From an uncultured Actinomycetota bacterium (GTDB lineage Bacteria; Actinomycetota; Actinomycetes; JAHEKZ01): 64,000 bases of DNA. The notes below the pieces were generated by a model, which was given only the letters and a program-made list of their open reading frames with translations, searched no databases and had not been told where the DNA came from. Where the stretch lies: NCBI GenBank assembly GCA_963743915.1, contig CAVURN010000001.1, positions 224,001-288,000 of the forward strand. Direction: 5' to 3'. Below, one piece after another: positions 36,139 through 44,719 of the stretch; positions within the stretch are counted from its first letter, which is position 1, and each line of letters opens with the position of its first letter. A program made the translations under genes and the position numbers.

Positions 36139-36675
36139 GTGACCGACGACCTGGACGAGTTCACCTCGTTCGTGGCGTCTTCTTCGGCTGCCCTCTTCCG
36201 GGTAGCCGGGCTACTGACAAGTGGTGACGCTCACGCGGCGCAGGACCTGGTGCAGGAGGCTTACTCCGAGACCTACCGTCGCTGGAGCAGCATCCGCGAT
36301 GCTGATGCCAGGCAGGCCTACGCCCGAAGGATCCTGGTCCGAGCCGCCACCCGGAGATGGCAACGGCTACGGGTGGAGCACCACGAGGCGCAGGTGCACG
36401 GCAGAGATGTCGAGGTGGGACACGCAGACCGTGTCACTGAAGCACGCGACCTGTGGGTGGCTTTGGGGGCCCTGTCACCCAAGCAACGTGCCGTGGTGGT
36501 GCTGCGCTACTACGAGGACATGACCGAGGCGCAGATCGCCGAGGTCCTGAACTGCTCACCGGGGGCGGTGAAGAGTCACGCCTCCCGTGGCCTCCGCACT
36601 CTTCAAGAGCGCCTCGGTGGCCCCGCTTACCTCAAACCAGCGTTGGATGGGAGTCCCGATGACGCCGTCAACTGA
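36139..36675 (+). CDS. ECF sigma factor (SigE family), copy 2
   Basis: AQDLVQEA, QRAVVVLRYYEDMTEAQIA, GAVKSHASRGL. Confidence 0.94.
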   Translation: MTDDLDEFTSFVASSSAALFRVAGLLTSGDAHAAQDLVQEAYSETYRRWSSIRDADARQAYARRILVRAATRRWQRLRVEHHEAQVHGRDVEVGHADRVTEARDLWVALGALSPKQRAVVVLRYYEDMTEAQIAEVLNCSPGAVKSHASRGLRTLQERLGGPAYLKPALDGSPDDAVN

Positions 36676-37936
36676 TACCTGGCTGAGCCAGAGACTGCAC
36701 GAGGGTGCGAGCACGCTTGCGGTTCCACTGAACCTGACAGATGAGGTCGTCGGTCATGCCATCAGATCGCAGCCCCGAAGCAATCGGATCCACGCCTTGA
36801 TGCAGGTCGCGGCAGCAGTGGTCGTCATGGCGGTAGTTGTGGTCGGTGTCAACGTTCTCCGCAGCGATAGCCCTTCGACCTCGCCACCTGTGGCCACTCC
36901 GACGCCAGTCGGCACTGCTGCACCAGTCTCGGACACCGCACGCGACCTGCTCGGCACCTGGCAGGTGGCTACATGGAATGGCGAACCACTCCCCAGATCC
37001 AAGGAGATGCTCAACGGCCCCCTGGTGACTTTCGAGACCGACGGCACCTGGAACGGGTCCGACGGATGCAACGACCTCGACGGCACATACCGCGTGGGGG
37101 CTGATGGCGCGTTCGAGTCCACCACCAAGGGAACGACTCTGATGCTCTGCGGTGGCGTAGACCCCCTTCCGGTGCCCGCTCGGGGCGCCGTTCGAGTGAC
37201 CGTTGAAGGCGATGTGGCTGTCTTCTTCGACACCGAAGGGCAGCAAGTGGCGAAGTACCACAGACCCGGAGGCTTGCTCGCGTCGGAGGCCCGGCTGGTC
37301 ACCCGGCTGGGAGATCCGGCGCTCGCGCTAAGCACCTACGGCAGCGGGAGTTGCCCAACGCGGATCGGATCAATCTCGTTGGAGGCTGACAACCAACTGG
37401 TGGTCGATCTTGCCGATTCATCCAGTCAGGTTTGTACCGCTGATGTCCAGAGGTCTACGGATGTGATGACCATCCCCGGTGGCCTCGATCTCGGTTCACC
37501 GATCACCGCAAGGCTCATGGGTACCCGCCCACCCTTCATCACTCTGCTCGTAGATACCTCGGCGATAGCCGGAGAGCCGCTGCTGGTCACAGCCAAAGAC
37601 TGGGACGGGTCATCGGTAGAACAGGCACGCCTTGAAGGCACCCTTGGTGTCAACGAGCAAGGCTGCGTCACTGTGGGTGACACGGTCGTGATGTGGCCCA
37701 ACACCTACGAACTCGGCTGGGACCGGGCAAGCACCTGGGTCATCGTCACGTTCGATGAGGACTACGGACCCGGCTACGGGACCGTCCTCGCCACCGAGGG
37801 AGAGCGGGTTGTCCTCGCTGGTGGCATGACACCGTTCGACACGAACCCCGGACCGCTACCCGCTGCGACTCACTCTGAGTGTCTCCTGGACGACGACTAC
37901 TGGACCGGCGTCATCGAAGTACAAGGTAACGACTAG
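36659..37936 (+). CDS. Membrane-anchored META-domain protein (putative anti-sigma), copy A
   Basis: Overlaps the sigma gene; one TM; LLGTW..FETDGTWNGSDGCN..GTYRV..TTLMLC META signature, then two further domains. Confidence 0.8.
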   Translation: MTPSTDTWLSQRLHEGASTLAVPLNLTDEVVGHAIRSQPRSNRIHALMQVAAAVVVMAVVVVGVNVLRSDSPSTSPPVATPTPVGTAAPVSDTARDLLGTWQVATWNGEPLPRSKEMLNGPLVTFETDGTWNGSDGCNDLDGTYRVGADGAFESTTKGTTLMLCGGVDPLPVPARGAVRVTVEGDVAVFFDTEGQQVAKYHRPGGLLASEARLVTRLGDPALALSTYGSGSCPTRIGSISLEADNQLVVDLADSSSQVCTADVQRSTDVMTIPGGLDLGSPITARLMGTRPPFITLLVDTSAIAGEPLLVTAKDWDGSSVEQARLEGTLGVNEQGCVTVGDTVVMWPNTYELGWDRASTWVIVTFDEDYGPGYGTVLATEGERVVLAGGMTPFDTNPGPLPAATHSECLLDDDYWTGVIEVQGND

Positions 37937-37955
37937 ACGCTGTCACTGGCTCGAC

Positions 37956-38357
37956 TCAGTACCTGTCGCAGGTTTCGACACCTTGCTGGATCTTGGCTTG
38001 GTCACGTTCGGAGAGTTCTAGGCCACGCCAGATGCTGGCACCGTCGTTGAGTTCGGCTGGCTCGTAGGCAGCGATGTGCAGGAGACGCTGGGCGTTCCAG
38101 AGTCGGTGCACTTCACGCCTCAGAGCCTTATCCCCAGCCGCTTCCTCACCCGCTGGGTCGAGCCCCCACACTTCCTTGTAGCCCTCATCGAACGCTTCGC
38201 GGTCCTTGGTCTCATACGCCGTCGCCATCTTCCGCAGCCCGTCGCAGGCGTCGGCCATGTAGGACTCGTAGGCGCTGGAGCACCCGGTCATGGTGAGCAG
38301 AACCATGCCAGCGGTCGTCGCGCCGAAGACCTGGCACCGAGTCCTTGAAGCCCCCAT
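37956..38357 (-). CDS. Small helical lipoprotein (module gene 4, copy A)
   Basis: Lipobox-like MTGC; paralog at 45996-46397; TAGCCT -10 just upstream. Confidence 0.8.
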   Translation of the reverse strand: MGASRTRCQVFGATTAGMVLLTMTGCSSAYESYMADACDGLRKMATAYETKDREAFDEGYKEVWGLDPAGEEAAGDKALRREVHRLWNAQRLLHIAAYEPAELNDGASIWRGLELSERDQAKIQQGVETCDRY

Positions 38358-38406
38358 GACGTAAGGCTAGGTGATGTGAACCAGGCCTATGAGCGGTTTC
38401 GCTTGT

Positions 38407-38688
38407 CTAGCGCACCACGGTCAGACTGGTGCGCTGCACCTGGGCCACGATGTCGACACCACCATCGGTGAGTGCCTTGGCCAGTGAGTGAGCGGAGTCG
38501 TCTACGACGGGTTGCACGCTGTGCGTGATGACCTCCCGGTCCCCGGGGTCGGTGTGCGCTGCCATCCGCACCCAGGACCCGTGAGCGTCTGTGTAGAACC
38601 TCACGGTTGCTCCGACTCGTTGGCACCAGGCCATCGTCTCGGCCAAGTCCAGCAGTGCCATCGCCTCTTCGAGTGTGGTCTCTGCCAT
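38407..38688 (-). CDS. Hypothetical protein
   Basis: 93-aa ORF with an aagggg RBS-like sequence before the ATG. Confidence 0.55.
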   Translation of the reverse strand: MAETTLEEAMALLDLAETMAWCQRVGATVRFYTDAHGSWVRMAAHTDPGDREVITHSVQPVVDDSAHSLAKALTDGGVDIVAQVQRTSLTVVR

Positions 38689-38882
38689 GGGTCCCCCTTC
38701 AGCGGTACACCATTGTCCTCGCCCTCAGCGCCAGTCCGCTAACCCTTACGAGTGATTGGTGTCATGGACCACGCTCGCGCAGGCGGTGAAGGTGCTGTCT
38801 GACCGATGAGCGCCACATTGGGCCGCGATGTCTCGAAGGATCATTGCTAGTTGATCGAAGGATTGTTGGTAGTGAGCCCTTC

Positions 38883-39272
38883 TCAGGCCCGTCGACCGTC
38901 CAGATCACCGGGATCGCTCGCTCGAAGTGCACGCCGCAACAGCGACGCCCGTTCCCAGATGTGCCTAAGGAGGAGTTGCAGTGTGTCGTTGGTGGCTCGT
39001 GCACGGTCCGGATTCTGCTCGTGGTCGATGGAGGACCTCGGGGTGAAGGAGGTCGTCCGTGAGAGCCAGAGGTCGTTGATGGAGCCGATCCCGGCGAAGG
39101 CCGAGAGCAAGTGGTCGAGGCCGAAGATGTCCCCGTGGCGAATGAGGTCGCAGTCATCGGCCAGCCATTCTGCCCACCGGCTCTCGCCCTGTCTCCCGAG
39201 CATGTCGACGACCTGATGCAGGTCGCGCACCAACTCACGCTGCAACATGTCGATGTCGGTCAGCGCCACCAT
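38883..39272 (-). CDS. DUF6966-like protein
   Basis: E.RWAEWL..D.FGLDHLL..FAGIGSINDL pattern, recognised from memory. Confidence 0.6.
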   Translation of the reverse strand: MVALTDIDMLQRELVRDLHQVVDMLGRQGESRWAEWLADDCDLIRHGDIFGLDHLLSAFAGIGSINDLWLSRTTSFTPRSSIDHEQNPDRARATNDTLQLLLRHIWERASLLRRALRASDPGDLDGRRA

Positions 39273-39376
39273 GTCGCGGATGCACTGGCCGGGTCGACCG
39301 TCTACGGATGTGCGCGAGGGGTCAGAGATTCTTTTATCTCCGAATCGTGGTGAGGATGTACGGCATCTGTGCGATG

Positions 39377-40366
39377 TCATGCTGCACTTCGGTACTCGAC
39401 GATGCGCAAGCCGTCTCCGTTGCCGCCTAGAAGCCTCAGGACCCCATCTGAGCCACGGAACGTGATGATGGGCACTCCGATCTCACCTGGCCCGTTCACC
39501 GCCGTTAGATCGGCTCTACGGCCAAGTGTGTGGAGAACCTCACCGGTCTCGACATCGATGAGATGCCTTGGCTGTTCGTCGCGGAGTGCCTGAGCCGAAT
39601 GGGTCGACAGCGCATGGAGGTTCTTGCTCGACCACTGGGCGTTCTTCTGGGCTGGGGTTAGTTGTTGCGTCCCATGCAGGGTGAGTACTCGCGTGCGTGC
39701 CTCCCGTTGGCTCAGCGGTTGCCTCGTCTTGCCGTCACGGAAGAAGCCACGGCCATGGATGAGTTCTCGACCGTTCAGGCGGATGTGCTCGGTCAGGCTC
39801 GCTTGGTTGTGGGTGACGTTCTTGGCGATGTACCCGAAGTCACCGTCGTAGGTGACCGGGACGAGGTCGGTGTGTCCGTAGCCGACCGTGGCTGCTTGTT
39901 CGGCCAGTTGATCCCTGCTGAAGTGGTCTCCCCAGCCCAAGGCGTGGAGGTGGAACCCGGTGGCGTTGGGGTTGGGTTCGATGGTCCATAGCCACTGGAC
40001 TACTCCTACCTGGTTCCGTAGCCCCGTCTGGAGGTCCGCGATGCGGTCCCTGTCTGCTCGGTAGTCTCCGACCAGGTTGGTCAGCAAGACCATGTACTGC
40101 GGCTGGGCCAGTGCAACCATGTCGGGCAGGTACTTGTAGCGGAGTCTGGTGTCCTGGAGGCAGTCAGGTCTCCTGCATCTGTCTGGTTGGGTCCTGTTCT
40201 CCCTGTTCTTCCCCTTGGGGCATGGACCCTCTGGTTCCCTCGGTCCCCACTGCTCCTCCATGCTCCTAGCGACACCTGAGGCTCCAGAAGGAAGTGTGCG
40301 GTAAGGAACAAGAGAGAGTGTCGAGACCGCCGAGGGCGGCTCGGGGGAGATGGGGAAGTCGTTCAT
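39377..40366 (-). CDS. HUH-endonuclease, rolling-circle Rep-like protein
   Basis: Motif I-like MVLLTNL, motif II WTIEPNP..GFHLHAL, motif III GYIAK; RBS gaaggag before ATG 40366. Confidence 0.75.
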   Translation of the reverse strand: MNDFPISPEPPSAVSTLSLVPYRTLPSGASGVARSMEEQWGPREPEGPCPKGKNRENRTQPDRCRRPDCLQDTRLRYKYLPDMVALAQPQYMVLLTNLVGDYRADRDRIADLQTGLRNQVGVVQWLWTIEPNPNATGFHLHALGWGDHFSRDQLAEQAATVGYGHTDLVPVTYDGDFGYIAKNVTHNQASLTEHIRLNGRELIHGRGFFRDGKTRQPLSQREARTRVLTLHGTQQLTPAQKNAQWSSKNLHALSTHSAQALRDEQPRHLIDVETGEVLHTLGRRADLTAVNGPGEIGVPIITFRGSDGVLRLLGGNGDGLRIVEYRSAA

Positions 40367-40390
40367 CAGATCTCCTTCAGATCGATGTCG

Positions 40391-40484
40391 CCGGGACACC
40401 CACCCGGATCTGAAGACGGGTGGGTGTCCCGGACGACGCCACAGCGGCAAGGAGGGGGCGACCCTCCTCTACCCCTTCAAGGGG
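40391..40484. other. Hairpin cluster between integrase and Rep (candidate origin or terminator)
   Basis: Perfect 16-bp IR 40391-40406 / 40417-40432; smaller IRs at 40450-40468 and 40472-40484. Confidence 0.7.
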
Positions 40485-40540
40485 GCTCGGAGTGTCTGCG
40501 ACAGGAAGACCGGACCATCTACCCCGGGACATGCCATCGG

Positions 40541-41636
40541 TCAGATGGAGTCAGCGAGGGGTCTCTCCTCGTCAGGGTGAAGTTGCACGACATCAGCCAG
40601 TTGCACCATGTCGCTCAGGAAGGGTCGGCCACGAAGCACTTGGTCCCGACGGATGCGCTCGCTGGAGAGGCCGAGGTAGTGCTCGGTGGTCGAGGAGTTC
40701 TTGTGGTGCAGGAACGCGGAGGTGGTGCGAAGAGCGTGGTCGTACTGCCCCTGTCGCCAGACATGTCGAAGAAGTGTCGGGCGGCGGCACGGCGCATGGT
40801 GTGCATCCCCTCGCTCTTGACGGGGAGACCCAGGCGGCTGAGCCCGTACTGGACGATGCGCTCGGGGTGTTGGAGCGGCTTCGCGGGGTTCCAGGTGGCC
40901 TCGACTCGCCCCTTGACCTGCTTGCCGCCTTCACCGACCGTCCAGGCGTACCGACTTCCATGTCTGGCCGGGAACAGATAGTCGTGGTCGGTGAGGGGAC
41001 GCCCGATGTCGAGGGCGTAGGTCCGTAGCCAGTCAGCCAGGTGCTGCCCCAGGTCCGACGTGATGGCCACGTTGTCGTAGTCGCCAGACTTCGAGATGAC
41101 CACCTTCATGCTGTACGCGGCCAGGTCGAGATCGCCCACCCTGATGCTCAGGAGTTCATGACGCCTCAGCGCCGTGTTCGCTGCGGCTGCTAGTAGCGCC
41201 CGGTCGCGGCTGTTCGCCGCCCCCTCGATCATCGCCAGCAACTGCTCTGGGCTCGGCTGAAGCCGCTCTTGTCGCGGCACCCGCATGGGTGTCACCTCCC
41301 GCAGGAGAGCGCGGCGGACGACACCCCTCCTAGTCCAGTGCTCGAAGAACACGTCCATCGTCTTGCGGTAGTAGTTGTGGGTGCTTGGGGCGACCGGCTC
41401 TCGCTGGAGTCCGTCTCTCGTCACATGCTGACGCATAACTCCGTTGGCACCCGAGAAGAAGTCCTCGACGTGGCTCTCGGTCAGGTTGCGCAGTTGTATG
41501 TCGCGCTCCAGGAAAGCCGCGAAGCGCCTGAGGACGTACCCCTGGTTCGTCACGGTCGACGAAGCAAACCGGGCTGCGCGAAAGTGGAGGAACTCCTCCA
41601 CAGCCTCGGAGACCGTGATGTGGTGCTGGGTGCCAT
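40541..41636 (-). CDS. Tyrosine recombinase/integrase (apparent frameshifts near 41620 and 40746)
   Basis: NTALRRHEL (catalytic R), HTMRR (HxxR); the shifted frame gives LHHKNSSTTEHYLG with the catalytic Tyr and a stop at 40541; RBS gaaagg before ATG 41636. Confidence 0.92.
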
Positions 41637-41814
41637 GAGAGGGCCTTTCGGGTGTTCGGCGTATTGAGTTGAACAGCGTCTGGCCTCTCTGGCTCAACGA
41701 GGAGAACACACCGACGGGCACCGTGGCAACCCTTACTACGCCTGGGGTTTCGGCGTTAGCAAGAAACCTTGACAGTGATTGATGGAGGACTAGCAAGGAT
41801 GTTTCAAGTCCCCA

Positions 41815-41830
41815 ATCGAGTGGGAGTAGT
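41815..41830 (+). repeat. attR: duplicate of the guaA 3' end
   Basis: atcgagtgggagtagt, about 180 bp upstream of the integrase start. Confidence 0.9.
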
Positions 41831-41910
41831 GCATGAAGGCTGCGTGCTGAGCACCGAGCAGTGCTCGCCAAAGCGGTGACTGGCCGCCATTCGAGTGGGA
41901 TCGTGGGTTC

Positions 41911-42252
41911 ATGCGTCGAACGCTGGTCGTGACGGTCGGGCTCGTTCTGGTGGCCGCCGTGATGGTGGCAGGCTGGTGGACGTATCAGAATCGCGTGTGG
42001 CTTCGTGATCAGTACCAGGAGGGCTACCAGGCAGGTGCCCGGTTCGACCGGCAGGACTACCTGACCGACTGCCATCGCCGTGTCGATCATCAGTACGGCG
42101 TGCGCGTAGACGTGTCGATGCCTGAGAACGCCGCTGCCTTCACTATCGGCTGCTACGACGCCGCTCGGGATAGGTACCGGCCAGCAGCTGTTGGTTCTCT
42201 GCTCGCTGAGTTCATGGGGAAGTCCGACGTGAGATTCTGGCCGTGGTGGTGA
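41911..42252 (+). CDS. Small membrane-anchored hypothetical protein
   Basis: N-terminal TM, YQEGYQAG, Cys pair, AFTIGC. Confidence 0.65.
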   Translation: MRRTLVVTVGLVLVAAVMVAGWWTYQNRVWLRDQYQEGYQAGARFDRQDYLTDCHRRVDHQYGVRVDVSMPENAAAFTIGCYDAARDRYRPAAVGSLLAEFMGKSDVRFWPWW

Positions 42253-42674
42253 TGGATCACCAGGACTCGCGCATCAGTCGTCGCGCTGTCGTGGTGTTCG
42301 GGAGCCTGGTCCTCATCGCCGCGTTGACCGTCGGGGGTTGGTGGGGGTACCAGAACTGGGTGTGGCTCCTGAATCCTGAGGTGAAGGACCAGATCGTCGA
42401 CTTCACCAAGCAGGAACTCAGCGTGGATCGGACTGAGGTCGGTGATTGGAGGCTGGGCGGGGAGTGCATCGTGGCGGAGGTCGCGGTGTCTGGCGGTGAG
42501 ACCTATCGAGTGGCCCTGGTCAACCAGAACCCTGAGCCGAATCCGTACGAGCCGCTGTGGATCTCGCAGATCTTCACGCTCGATGACTTTGTATCGTCCA
42601 GTGATGCGTGGTGTGGAATCATCCACACCCCCGCGTACGTCTTCGATAGCAACGGCGAACGCATCATCGGCTGA
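42252..42674 (+). CDS. Small membrane-anchored hypothetical protein
   Basis: N-terminal TM ending GWWGYQNWVWL; coupled to the previous stop. Confidence 0.65.
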   Translation: MDHQDSRISRRAVVVFGSLVLIAALTVGGWWGYQNWVWLLNPEVKDQIVDFTKQELSVDRTEVGDWRLGGECIVAEVAVSGGETYRVALVNQNPEPNPYEPLWISQIFTLDDFVSSSDAWCGIIHTPAYVFDSNGERIIG

Positions 42675-42683
42675 GTGAAGAGT

Positions 42684-43103
42684 TCAGTAAGGCTTCTCCG
42701 GACCGGGAACGACTTCGCGGTCGCCTAGTGGCTCAGTCATTGTCACGGTCACGGTGACCGGCGGGTTGCCTTGGCAGGTGTGGGCGTTCCCTTCCGGTGG
42801 GATCGCCCACACGGTCAAGATGGCGATGTCCTCCCCGTACTCGACGACCGGCTGCGGGTCCTGAGCCTTGGCCCCACCGGTACACGCGATCCACGCCACC
42901 TGTACGTCGAACTCTCGGTCCTCGGGTCTGGGTTCCTTTCCGGCGAATTGCCAGTGAGCGACCTTGCGGCCATCAGTGTCTACCTCGGCGGTGGTAGTGG
43001 TGCCTGGCTCATCTTCTGCCGTCTGGCTGGACAGTCCATCCGCGCAGGCCCCCACACTCAGCAACAGCGTCACGGCCACCCAAGCGATGTGCTGGGTCCT
43101 CAT
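42684..43103 (-). CDS. Lipoprotein
   Basis: Lipobox VGAC; ACTGG..TCQGNP..EPLGDR; preceded by GGAACC-N16-AGTCTT. Confidence 0.8.
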   Translation of the reverse strand: MRTQHIAWVAVTLLLSVGACADGLSSQTAEDEPGTTTTAEVDTDGRKVAHWQFAGKEPRPEDREFDVQVAWIACTGGAKAQDPQPVVEYGEDIAILTVWAIPPEGNAHTCQGNPPVTVTVTMTEPLGDREVVPGPEKPY

Positions 43104-43192
43104 GGTCCTAAGACTGTCAGGCGCGGGTCGTGGTTCCCCGGTTTCAGGCTCGCGGTCGACCGAGAACGCGAGGTGTAGCCCTGGAGTGGTCC

Positions 43193-43525
43193 ATGGCGGC
43201 GCACACTAGGTCTGTGCATCGCCGACCCGTTCGAGCCGCGGGGATTGCGGTGGCCGGAGTCGTGGCTGCGGTCGTTTGGTTATGGGTTGGGCCCGGCAGC
43301 TACCAGCCCTGTCTTCCCGCACCTCCGTGGGACGATCTCGCCGTCTGGATCAGTGGGAGTCTTGGAGCTGGGGAGACCGACGGACTGTCGGGAGCGCCTG
43401 CGTTCTGCGACATACCTACGGACTTCACCTGGGTCGTCGCGCTCGGGATGCTGGCAGTCGCCGTGGCGGCAGCCGTCTGGCCGGTGGTAGGGGGCAGGAA
43501 CCTCGACTCCGGGCAGCGCGTCTGA
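43193..43525 (+). CDS. Small two-TM membrane protein
   Basis: Two hydrophobic segments flanking a loop with 2 Cys. Confidence 0.55.
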   Translation: MAAHTRSVHRRPVRAAGIAVAGVVAAVVWLWVGPGSYQPCLPAPPWDDLAVWISGSLGAGETDGLSGAPAFCDIPTDFTWVVALGMLAVAVAAAVWPVVGGRNLDSGQRV

Positions 43526-43530
43526 TGGCC

Positions 43531-44079
43531 ATGAGCCGCTCCCGTCCCATAACGCTGCTGGCGACTGCCGTCATGGCGCTGGGGCTTGTGGCCTGTACCT
43601 CGGACACCTCAGACCCGTTGACAAGCGGGGAAAGTCAGGGTGCGACTGGTGCGCCGGCCGCCATCAACCTAGTCCGGTCGGGTGCCTGTGGCGATGCCTT
43701 CTTCTGGGCGGAGTCTGCCGACGGGGATACCGCGGTGACCGCCGAGGTGACCTACTCCCGGCCAGCCGGGGCGAACCCGACGGTGGCCATCCCGTTCTCG
43801 CTGCCTGGCAACCGAGCCGTCAAGGTCGAAGTACTCACCGGGCGCGATCTGTCGCGCAACTTCTGCACCGATGTCTTAGACATGTCATCCCAGCCCGAGT
43901 CGAGGTCACCGGCGGTTGCAGGGGAGGGTCGGGTCACCATCGACGCACCTCCGGCCAAAGGCAACGCTTGTGGTCGAACGTTTGGCACCCTCGACCTGAG
44001 CGGGCTTGTCGCGGAGGACGGTTCGGTCTTCTCGCCGATCACCGTGCAGACCCGCAACATCGGGTGCTTCGCCGGTTGA
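43531..44079 (+). CDS. Lipoprotein (module gene 1, copy B)
   Basis: Lipobox LVAC; paralog of 35482-36036; preceded by GGAACC-N16-CGTCTG. Confidence 0.82.
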   Translation: MSRSRPITLLATAVMALGLVACTSDTSDPLTSGESQGATGAPAAINLVRSGACGDAFFWAESADGDTAVTAEVTYSRPAGANPTVAIPFSLPGNRAVKVEVLTGRDLSRNFCTDVLDMSSQPESRSPAVAGEGRVTIDAPPAKGNACGRTFGTLDLSGLVAEDGSVFSPITVQTRNIGCFAG

Positions 44080-44182
44080 TGCTTCACGCCGTGGGTCCTC
44101 GCGCTCAGACTCCTCAGGGTGGGGTGTAAACCGAATCATCGGCTGGAGCCACTAGTGGGGTAGTTGAGGGTGGGAGGAGCCG

Positions 44183-44719
44183 GTGACTGACGACTTGGAC
44201 GAGTTCACCTCGTTCGTGGCGTTTTCCTCGGCCGCCCTCTTCCGGGTAGCCGGGCTACTGACAAGTGGCGATACCCATGCAGCGCAGGATCTGGTGCAGG
44301 AGGCGTACTCCGAGACCTACCGACGCTGGAGCAGCATCCGCGATCCTGGTGCCCGCCACGCCTTCGCTCGACGCATCCTCATCAGGACAGCCACCAGGCG
44401 TTGGAAGCGGCTCCGAGTCGAGCAGCCGGGGCAGCACATGCACGAGGGGCCGGTCGGCGTCAGTCATGCGGACCAGGTTGCACAGGCCCATGACCTGTGG
44501 GTGGCGCTGGCGGCGCTGTCTCCCAGACAACGGGCCGTCGTGGTGCTGCGCTACTACGACGACATGACCGAGGCGCAGATCGCCGAGGTGCTGGGGTGCT
44601 CATCCGGGGCGGTCAAGAGTCACGCCTCTCGCGGCCTGCGGCGACTCCAGGAGCAACTTGGTGGCCCGGGCTACATCACCACGCACACGGAGGAGAGCCA
44701 CCATGGCACCGCCACCTGA
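44183..44719 (+). CDS. ECF sigma factor (SigE family), copy 3
   Basis: Close paralog of 36139-36675. Confidence 0.94.
   Translation: MTDDLDEFTSFVAFSSAALFRVAGLLTSGDTHAAQDLVQEAYSETYRRWSSIRDPGARHAFARRILIRTATRRWKRLRVEQPGQHMHEGPVGVSHADQVAQAHDLWVALAALSPRQRAVVVLRYYDDMTEAQIAEVLGCSSGAVKSHASRGLRRLQEQLGGPGYITTHTEESHHGTAT

Larger units (their letters stand above)
35447..38373. repeat. Four-gene module, copy A (diverged direct repeat of 43497-46413)
   Basis: Colinear similarity across all four genes and their intergenic spacers. Confidence 0.92.
32003..41830. mobile_element. guaA-integrated element (about 9.8 kb) with tyrosine integrase, HUH Rep-like gene and serine resolvase
   Basis: Flanking 16-bp direct repeats, integrase next to attR, visibly lower GC than the flanks. 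Confidence 0.88.

Noticed and set aside
33015-41776. 11-bp repeat accttgacagt at 33015 and 41766 as integrase arm sites
   Set aside because: Short, only two copies, and one is 1 kb from attL; could be chance or -35 boxes
41637-42090. N-terminal extension of the 491-aa integrase ORF
   Set aside because: It runs across attR and an opposite-strand gene; an RBS and ATG at 41636 give a more plausible start
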